Of a DNA stretch of 64,000 nucleotides, positions 55,062-64,000 are shown piece after piece. Position 1 is the stretch's first letter, and each line of letters opens with the position of its first letter. Location of the stretch: assembly GCA_951406725.2 (NCBI GenBank), contig OX597822.1, positions 71,796,001 through 71,860,000 of the forward strand. The letters run 5' to 3'. The notes under the pieces are model-generated. The model searched no databases and was not told the DNA's origin. It worked only from the letters and a program-made list of their open reading frames with translations. A program made the translations under genes and the position numbers. The DNA is from Octopus vulgaris. Taxonomy: Eukaryota.

Positions 55062-57809
55062 CTAGATCCTAAATGGACCAACGAGATACGATTTTGAAGG
55101 AGCAAATAAGCCTTTCAGGAAATAAATCAAAGCTTCATGAACGGAAATATATTGTTTTAGTGAAGTAACCATAAACATTCTATTGGAGCGGAGGAAGCCA
55201 AGCAAGTGTGATATATTCATTTCAATGTCATGCTTTAGACAATATTTCATAATATAAGACATTATTAGGACACCGGTACGACCAACTCCATCATGACACA
55301 GGACAGCGATAGGAGCTTGGACGGGATCTTTAGTGCGCATAAGATTTTGTACAGAGTCAATCTCTTCCAAAATGCTGACAAAAATTGATAAATCACACGG
55401 ACAGTCATCTCCTGACCATTGAGTGAAATAAAGATTACTTATTAGCTGTTGCTCACCAGAAGCATTGGTGATTGTCAGAACATCTAAAAAGTACTCGGGA
55501 GTTCTCCTATACGTATGGAAAGTAACTGTAAACGGTCCACTCTGAAATTTTTGATCAAGATTCCATTCTTGAGGCCAGTACTGACAACACAAAAGTTTAT
55601 CCTCGTCATCCCTGGCATTCAGCATAATTATTATAGAAACCTTTTGTTCCCAAATCATTTGCCAAAAATCTTCGACAGTATTTTTTAGCGGCGCTTGAGC
55701 TGCAATGAAGCTCAATTTATGCAGACCGCGTCTCCATTTTATACTAGACGCATTTATATAACCAAACATATTGTCAGGTCTTCCAGACAGTTGTACACGG
55801 TTTTCGTCATAAGGTACAATAGATTGATAGCGATTTCGAGAAAGGTTATCTACATGACAACCAACAGAACAAGGCATTTGACTTTTTACGCCAGTTGAGC
55901 GAAACTCGGTGAAAACCTCGCCCTCATTTAATTTACGTTGCAGATTTTCATATTTATCTCTACTTCGAATGTCTTTAAATGCACCTGAAGCCACCATAAT
56001 AAATGGCTTCTTGGAATGCTTATGTACAGCTCCTTTAGAACTTTCTAGGGCCAACAACTCCGATTTAGAGAGGGCTTGATAAGTTGGCTCAGTTACCGCA
56101 GGTTCCAGATATGTGTACTTCCTACTAGGCAACATGGTTTGAGTTTCAGAAACTTTCGACTCCTTACTTTTCTCCAATTTAGCGGGTGAAACGGGCTCAG
56201 TGCTTTTATCTCGTACTTGAATGTCTTGAACTCTCTTCAAAATTTGCCCTACGGTAATAGGTTTCGCAGGATCTATGTCCGTATCCTTCGACTTGGTTTT
56301 TGGAAATGGATATTTGGGTGGATATCTATTAGGAATGCCACTTTCTCTCAATGGTTGCGAATCGGAGAAATGTTTTTCCGTACTTTGTTTAGATTTAATA
56401 TCCGCTTGTGTTTCACTTTCAGCCTTTTCTATTGCATCTAGATACTGCAGAATATTTTTTAAAGTTTGAGAAAGTAAATGCATCGGACTGGTTTCGGTAT
56501 ACTTCTGGAATCGTTCATTAATCATAGATATGTAAAAAGATTGCGTTTGACTACTTTTGTTAAGTTTCTTCGCTTCATATTTTATATCCTTGGAACCAGT
56601 CAGGAATAATTCTTCATCAAGACGTATCTCAGCAGCGCTGACGCTCGTTAAGGGTTTCGACGGACTAGTAATTGCTTCTGTTGCACCTAGAGCAGTTTGT
56701 TCTGGACGTGACGGTTGAGCGAGGAGGTATTGCGCAGTTTCAGTAGCTTCGTAAAGAGATTTGGGAGATGATCGAACGTTATCAGGAATAGAAGTCAGCG
56801 ATTGCTGGTAACGAAGAACAGATCTCAGAGTCTCCGACTGAGAACTTGACAGCAGCAATGAGTAAGATTCGTAGCCGTCAGGCTTGGCAGGTTCCTTTGT
56901 CGATCTGTCGCAGAACTCTGGATTATCTTGATAAAAATGCATCAAAAGGAAAGCCATTTGGAAGAAATATTTTGCTCTCTTCTTATCAGCCAGTTCTAGT
57001 TGTATGGAGCGAGATAACTGTTGGATAATTATACTAGACTTTTGAGAACGTGTGACTGCGGCAATATCTGACCACTTGAGGAGAAAAGCATCAGGGGACC
57101 TTAAATATTTCACCATGATACCGTTGTAGGACGTTATTAGATGCACCGCCTCACGACTCTCGGAAAGTATGGCAGGGTGACACTCTAGGCCGTAGTACGT
57201 CGCAGACTCGAATTCAATTATATAAAAAACCATACTAGTTGTAGAAGATATATGAAGGGTTTGGTAATTCTGAAAAGCTTTTTCTTGAGCAGCTGTAGCA
57301 ATTTTCTCGTCCCTCCGTATGCTAGCAGGAAAAAGAAGGTGGCGGCCCACTGTCGTAACTGTATGCGTTTTGGGATCGTATGGACCTAGAATCACTCGAA
57401 GGTAAAACGAAGCCAGTTTGATAGCCCTTTCAAGTACACAATCATACTGACTATATAAATAATCAACATGAAGTTGCCTGAAATACTGATACAGGGCAGC
57501 CTCATCCTTAATGTTATAAGCACGCGATATATAGTACATCACTCCAAAATAAAAACAATGTTGACTACAATGTTTGTCGAGTTGGGTCCCCAAGGGCTTG
57601 TTCAAATCAATCCATTCAACTCTCACGTCATTAGTGACGTGACGGAAACCAAAATATCTTGCGTCTGTTATTCCAAGTTGGTGGATAGCAAAAGCCATGC
57701 ACTCATGACCGACAGTATGAGGGAATACCATAGTTTCAAAACAAACTCTATCGAACGCGAACACAATAACCTTCATTCCATCTTTAGTATCTATATCAAC
57801 CGATTTCAT
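55062..57809 (-). CDS. Intronless FERM-domain non-receptor tyrosine phosphatase-like protein (PTPN14/PTPN21/Pez family), catalytically divergent
   Basis: N-terminal FERM features (YFGFRH, WIDLNKPLGTQL, FYFGVMYY, YYGLE, WSDIAAV); PPKY motif; PTP motifs RNRYQSIVPYDENRVQL, YINAS, IAAQAPLKNTVEDFWQMIWEQ, QYWP, VLCHDGVGRTG; gccacaATG start context; AATAAA on minus strand at 54964-54969. Confidence 0.93.
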   Translation of the reverse strand: MKSVDIDTKDGMKVIVFAFDRVCFETMVFPHTVGHECMAFAIHQLGITDARYFGFRHVTNDVRVEWIDLNKPLGTQLDKHCSQHCFYFGVMYYISRAYNIKDEAALYQYFRQLHVDYLYSQYDCVLERAIKLASFYLRVILGPYDPKTHTVTTVGRHLLFPASIRRDEKIATAAQEKAFQNYQTLHISSTTSMVFYIIEFESATYYGLECHPAILSESREAVHLITSYNGIMVKYLRSPDAFLLKWSDIAAVTRSQKSSIIIQQLSRSIQLELADKKRAKYFFQMAFLLMHFYQDNPEFCDRSTKEPAKPDGYESYSLLLSSSQSETLRSVLRYQQSLTSIPDNVRSSPKSLYEATETAQYLLAQPSRPEQTALGATEAITSPSKPLTSVSAAEIRLDEELFLTGSKDIKYEAKKLNKSSQTQSFYISMINERFQKYTETSPMHLLSQTLKNILQYLDAIEKAESETQADIKSKQSTEKHFSDSQPLRESGIPNRYPPKYPFPKTKSKDTDIDPAKPITVGQILKRVQDIQVRDKSTEPVSPAKLEKSKESKVSETQTMLPSRKYTYLEPAVTEPTYQALSKSELLALESSKGAVHKHSKKPFIMVASGAFKDIRSRDKYENLQRKLNEGEVFTEFRSTGVKSQMPCSVGCHVDNLSRNRYQSIVPYDENRVQLSGRPDNMFGYINASSIKWRRGLHKLSFIAAQAPLKNTVEDFWQMIWEQKVSIIIMLNARDDEDKLLCCQYWPQEWNLDQKFQSGPFTVTFHTYRRTPEYFLDVLTITNASGEQQLISNLYFTQWSGDDCPCDLSIFVSILEEIDSVQNLMRTKDPVQAPIAVLCHDGVGRTGVLIMSYIMKYCLKHDIEMNISHLLGFLRSNRMFMVTSLKQYISVHEALIYFLKGLFAPSKSYLVGPFRI

Positions 57810-59086
57810 TGTGGCAATTTCAATATTATGCTACATTCACAAAATGCTAGCTGTGCTTTGTCCCGAATCTTCGACGTCTGCAGTGAAGTATTTTGATAGC
57901 TATGGTTTAAGCTGTTATTCTTATTTTTATGATTTTTTTTTTTTTTTTTGCTTTACTGCTTGTATTTATATGTTTGTGTGACGAGTGTGCGTGAGAGCTT
58001 GAGAAAATCTTAGAATACGTGCAGCAATTTTCTATTACAATTTAATAATAACAATGAATTTCTGTTGTTTTTTTTAATAATTTTAGATTTCAACTGAAGA
58101 TGCCTGCGTTTCAGTTTCAAATCAAAGTGTCTGATTTTGTGACATCGTTGTCTAACAACTCAGAGAGCTTCTCTACTTTTCATGCTCACTGTCTTCATGT
58201 TCTAATCAATGCATCCTTGCGAGTTAGTAAATACATGAAAAATGGGTGTGTTCATGATCGATTTCTTTATTGCCCACAGGGGGCTAAACATAGAGGGGAC
58301 ATACACAAATGGGGACAAAAAATTTTTAAAAAAAACGAATGATATAATGATAGGATGAAAAATGAAAGCGATGACACCCGCCCCGTCGAGCCAATCGCTT
58401 ACTTGCCTTTCTTTCAATCGTACTTTAACATGTCTGTTCCTTTAGTTCTTTGTAATTTATTACTGGGAGCAACCTGGTGTAATCAGTTTCCGCACTCCAA
58501 TATTCAGAGTGTGTACATGATCGTAAACAGATTCAAATTTGAGAAAGCATACTCTAAAAATTAAATACAATGTGAGCTCGATACAAATTGGATTGTTAAA
58601 TGTGAAGACTTGTTTAGGCGCGTAAAAAATGTAATTACAAAATAGCATCTATTGGACACAACCCTTAACAGTTATTTTGCATATATCTACAAACTGATTT
58701 TTTTACCTTTGAAATTGTAAGGTATTAACCTGATAGGTCTAACACAGCGCTCGGTTAAGCACCAACACATTTTCTCTTCGTATCTTTAGCTGACTTCACC
58801 ATGTTGCAAGCATTCAGACCAAACCGGTACTTTTCATCTACTCTTTCAATGCAGATGCTCGGATTGGGAGTCTCTCCCACCTCTTCTTTCTTTCAGTCAT
58901 TGGACTGTGGCCATGCTGGGGCACCGCCTAGAGGAATTTTTTTATTCGAATGAATTGATTCCAGTACTTCATTTTTTAAAAACCTGGTACTTATTTTATC
59001 GGTCACTTTTGCCGAACTGCTACAGAGCGGGAAATAAATAAACTAATATAGGTTGTCAAGCAATGGCGAACAAACACAGACACAAA

Positions 59087-59125
<39 letters not shown>

Positions 59126-59367
59126 ATACATATCCTGGGCTTCCACACAATTTCCGTCAACCAAACTAACTCACATTGGTCGGGCCGGAGCCATAATAGA
59201 TGACACTCGGCCAAGATACTACACAGTGGGACTTACCAACCACATGGTTCAAGGTTCAGTCCCACTGCGTGGTGCCTTGGGCCAGTGATTTCTACTATAG
59301 CCTCAGGCTGACCAAAGCCTTGTGAGTGGATTTGGTAGACGGAAACTGAAAGAAGCCCGTTGTGTAC

Positions 59368-59398
<31 letters not shown>

Positions 59399-60051
59399 GG
59401 TGTGTGTGTGTGTGTGTTTGTATGTATGTGTTTGTGTGTCTGTATTTGTCCTCCCTAACATTGCTTGGCAACCGATGCTGGTGTGTTTACGTCCACGTTA
59501 CTTAGCAGTTCGGCAAAAGAGTACGATAGAATAAGTAGTAGGCTTACAAAGAATAAGTCCTGGGGCCGGTTTGCTCGACTAAAGGTGGTGCTCCGGCATG
59601 GCCGCAGTCAACAGACTGGAACAAATAAAAGAATAAAAGAACACACACACACACATACACAATGGTACAAAAACAAAGATGGTCAACTCATGAGGTTATG
59701 CTGGCACGGGCGTGACAAGAACTAGATTTATCCTGTAGACGTGTGGCAAAGGGCGCCAACATCGGACATATATGGCTGTCGGTAGAAACTTGAAGGGTTA
59801 ACCTTTCATGTCCCATCGATATTTTTTGCAATATATTCATTACAGCACTGACATATATACTTTTTTTTTGCGCCATTCATTTTGAATTACTGTGTGGAGG
59901 GGTGGTGCTAGGAAGCCTGCTTCCTACAACATGGTTCCGGGTTCACTCTCACTGCGTGACCCCTTTGGCAAGTGTCTTCTGCTATAGCCTTGTACTGACC
60001 ATAACCTTACGAATGGATTTGATAGACGGAAACTGAAAGAAGCCCGTTGTA

Positions 60052-60117
<66 letters not shown>

Positions 60118-60133
60118 GGGATTCTTTCAGTTC

Positions 60134-60169
<36 letters not shown>

Positions 60170-60749
60170 GTATTTATGTGTGTATATATATATGTGTGTG
60201 TGTGTCTGTGTGTATGTATTTATATATACATATTTATGTATTTATGTGTGTGTGTGTGTGTTTTGTGCCTGTGTTTTTCCCTGCACCGCCACTTCCCAAC
60301 TGATGGTAGTATGTTTATGCCCCCGCAACTTGGCGGTTCGGTAAAACAGACCGATAGAATAAGTATTAAGCTTACAAAGAATAAGTCCTGGAATCGATTT
60401 CTTCGAATAAAAAAAACTCCTTTTAAAGCGGCGTTCAACCTTGACCTCAGTCAAATGACTGCAACGTATAAAGAAATAAAAGAATTAAACATACACACAT
60501 ACAATCTCACACTCACACACACACGCACACACGCGCACATAATTTTCTAAGAAATTATTCAACGAACTAGTAAGATAATGAACTTATTCAAGCAAGATCA
60601 ATTCAAATTGGTATTAATTTACGCTCAAACAGCACCCAGATCAAAGATGATTATTGAGTCAAATGCAGTCAGCCACTTCAAGAGTAGACTTACATAATAG
60701 TTGATGATCCCCAAATTTGAAATCGCCCTTCCCTAATATATAGAAATGT

Positions 60750-61320
60750 TCTTTTCTACTCTAGGCACAAGGTTCGAAATTTGAGGGAGGGGACCAGTCG
60801 ATTTAGATCGACCCCAGTACGCAACTGGTAGTTAACTTATCGATCCCGAAAGGATGAAAAGCAAGGTCGAATTTGAACTGAGAACGTAAAGACAGACGAA
60901 ATGCCTATTTCTTTACTACCCACAAAGGGCTAAACACAGAGAGGAGAAATAAGGACAGACAAACGGATTAAGTCGATTATATCGTTCCTAGTGCGTAACT
61001 GGTACTTATTTAATCGACCCCGAAAGGATGAAAGGCAAAGTCGACCTCGGCGGAATTTGAACTCAGAACGTAGCGGCAGACGAAATACCTATTTCTTTAC
61101 TACCCACAAGGGGTTAAACACAGAGGAGACAAACAAGGACAGACAGATGGATTAAGTCGTTTATATCGACCCCAGTGCGTAACTGGTACTTAATTTATCG
61201 ACCCCGAAAGGATGAAAGGCAAAGTCGACCTCGGCGGAATTTGAACTCAGAACGTAACAGCAGACGAAATACCGCTTAGCATTTGCCCGACGTGCTAACG
61301 TTTCTGCCAGCTCGCCGCCT
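60750..61320 (-). mobile_element. SINE family A trimer
   Basis: Three tandem cgaccccgaaaggatgaaaggcaaagtcgac-type units joined at gacgaaatrcctatttctttactacccac. Confidence 0.9.
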
Positions 61321-62338
61321 TAGAGAGATGGCCCAATATTAATGGTTCTTCTATTGTTCTCATTACTTTTTGGTAGGTGGGGGTAACAAGACTTTCGGAC
61401 CATCCTATAGTGTGAATGTCGTTGGGAAGCTAAACACTATTTCTGCAGGTACTTGATAACACGACGATGCCAAATTTTATCAATTTTCAAGGTAAGTCGC
61501 TACTAGTTACTTTTGAATTTTCCTTTTGAATAGTTAGATGTTATTTTACCAGAAAAGAAAAAATAAATGCGGCTTTTGATAAGAAGTACTGAAATTAATG
61601 CATGTAAGATTTCATAGCTCTTGCATCATTCCATGACCAGCCTATGAACTTTTCAGTCTACCTTTATAGTAAGTTCACCATCCCTGATATGCGAGCAGCG
61701 CTCACCTAGCAAACCCAGAATACTCGCCTCAATATCACTACTCCAATTTGCATTGCAAATTAACAAGTCAAAAATTAAGCACATTATTTACATAATTCCT
61801 CATCTCTTAAATATAGAACTGTATCAAAAATTAAGAATTGTGGTTTCAGCAGCAAAATATCCGTCTTTGGGAAAGAAGCAAAATTACTGTTTGCATTTTT
61901 ACCCCCTCATACCTGGTCGAGAAAGGGTTCAGCATAGTAGCATAACCGTTATCTAAACAACCGAATATGTTGCAAATTTATAAAAGAGGCGACTTGATAC
62001 TCTGCTCGATACCGAGCTCGATATCTTTAAATTTCATTGAGTACAAAGTAGCCATTAGTTATTTTTCAATTATTAAATAATGCTCCGGGAACATAATGGC
62101 TTGTTGAATATCTTAAATTATTCTACATAATGTGTTTTCTTTTTTTTCTTCTTGAAGGTAACAAATACTGATATCAGTGTTAGGTTTTTTAACACCAGTA
62201 ATAAAGTTAATAGTATTTTATTTTAAATTTAAATTGTAATGTGGTTCTTTGCTCTGTATTTTTTTTTTCTTATTGTTCGTTTACGTGCACTTGCGATATA
62301 AATCTAAATACAATTCCATTATTAAAACCCACGCGGAA

Positions 62339-62745
62339 AGCGGAGAGATGGTAGAAGCGTTGGCACGCCAGGTGAAATGCTTAGCGGCATTTCGTCTGTC
62401 TTTACGTTCTGAGTTCAAATTCCGCCGAGGTTGATTTTGCCTTTCATCCTTTTGGGGTCGATAAATTAAGTACCAGTTGCATACTGTGGTCGATCTAATC
62501 GACCGGCCCCCGCCCCCAAAATTTTGGGCCTTGTGCCTAGAGTAGAAAAGAATCGTTAGCTTGCTGGGCAAAATGCTTAGCGGAATTTCATCCGTCTACA
62601 CGTTCTGAATTCAAATTCTGCCGAGGTTGACTTCGCCTTTCATCCTTTCGGGGTCAATAAAGTAAGCACCAGTTAATTGCTGGGGCCGGTCTAATTGGCT
62701 AACCCCTCCTCCAAAACTTCTGGCCTTGTGCCAAAATCTGAAATC
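62339..62745 (+). mobile_element. SINE family A tandem pair
   Basis: Two consensus matches. Confidence 0.85.
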
Positions 62746-63068
62746 AATATTAAAGCCCTCACCTTTAATAGGCTTCCATGAGAATTTAATATAGGCACAG
62801 GCATAGCTGTATGGTTAAGACGTTCGCTAGCAACCATGCGGTTTCAAGTTCAATCCCACAGCGCGGCATTCTAGACAAGTGTCAAAAAACCCTGGCCGAC
62901 CAAAGCTTTGTGAGTGAATTTGACGGTAACTTTGTGGAACACTGTCATCTTTGTGTGTGTCTACACCACTTGATAACCGGTGTTGGTTTGTTTATGTCCC
63001 CTGACCGAGAGAATAAAAACCAAACTTTAAAAAAAAAACAACCTTGTGGTCGATTTGTTCGACTAAAC

Positions 63069-63681
63069 CAGTGGTTCACAAGCATTTTTTTTTACCTATG
63101 GACTCCTCTGTCTACTACTTTATTCTGCTGGACCTCCGTAGTCATTCAATGTTTAAAAACCATACTTATTTTGTTTTTTCACACATTAACTTCAATGGGT
63201 TTGCAATACCACTTTCTGAGAGGACATGTTTCAGTTGCCAGAAACATGTTAAACTAAGGTGGCAAGCTGGCAGAAAGGTTAGCACGCCGGGCGAAATGCT
63301 AAGCAGTATTTCGTCTGCCATTACGTTCTGAGTTCAGATTCCACCGAAGTCGACTTTGCCTTTCATACTTTCGGGGTCGATTAAATTAAGTACCAGTTAA
63401 GCACTGGGGTCGATCTAATCGACTTAATCCGTTTGTCCTTGTTTGTCCTCTCTGTGTTTAGCCCCTTGTGGACAATAAAGAAATCAGAAATAAGAAACAT
63501 GTTAATCTATGTAAAGCAATAGAGAAAGAAACCTAGCTCTTTCTTCTAAAGCAAAATATTTTTCCATGGACCCCGTTAAAGTACTACTGTGAATCCCCAA
63601 TTTACTATTTTGCTTATGGGGACCCCTCAAAATCTTATTTGGACCCTCAGGGTCTACGTGGACCCCGGTAGAGTACCATTG
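63069..63681. mobile_element. hAT (Charlie-like) MITE inserted in a SINE and itself carrying a SINE
   Basis: Ends cagtggttcac / gagtaccattg; exact 8-bp TSD gactaaac at 63061-63068 and 63682-63689. Confidence 0.85.
63253..63492 (+). mobile_element. SINE family A inside the hAT MITE, 13-bp TSD
   Basis: agaaacatgttaa at 63240-63252 and 63493-63505. Confidence 0.92.
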
Positions 63682-64000
63682 GACTAAACCTCTCAAGGCG
63701 GTACTCCAGCATAGCCGCAGTCCAATGACTGCAACAAGTAAAAGTGATAAAAGAAATAAGAAACTGTAACCAATGCAAATATCTAAAGAGCGGCATATGC
63801 TTGATAAATTAGAATATGAAAGAAGAGATAATAAATCTCTTGTCAAGATTAGCTTCTGTTTATCTTTTATCGTTAACCTTCATTTGGTTCAGTCAATGGA
63901 CAGTGGCCATTCTGGCGCATCACCTTGAAGGGTTTTGGTCATCTTATAAAATGTGGCCCGAGTAGACCCGAATGAAATCGGGTTATATTAACCAAAATAT

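Overview
Eukaryotic, AT-rich genomic DNA dense in microsatellites ((TA)n, (TATG)n, (CA)n, (TAA)n) and tRNA-derived SINEs. The repeat landscape most resembles a coleoid cephalopod (Octopus-like); this is an inference. Most short ORFs in the track are microsatellite artefacts. Two long intronless minus-strand genes are credible. The first (36414-39008) is an 864-aa acidic, probably disordered protein with three 44-aa tandem repeats, ending in a phage/Polinton-type NUMOD4-like+HNH module whose key residues are substituted. It is a candidate domesticated, nuclease-dead HNH protein. The second (55062-57809) is a 915-aa FERM-PPxY-PTP protein of the PTPN14/PTPN21/Pez type with altered WPD, P- and Q-loops, a candidate retrogene pseudophosphatase. 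The rest is layered mobile DNA: three mariners, a Tc1, two Penelope-like insertions with inverted pseudo-LTRs carrying hammerhead-like motifs, R4/Dong-type, CR1 and RTE LINE fossils, Merlin-like and hAT MITEs with exact 8-bp TSDs, multimeric SINEs, a ~105-bp-arm hairpin and a local triplication whose order of events can be read. All family assignments come from motif recognition, not database searches.
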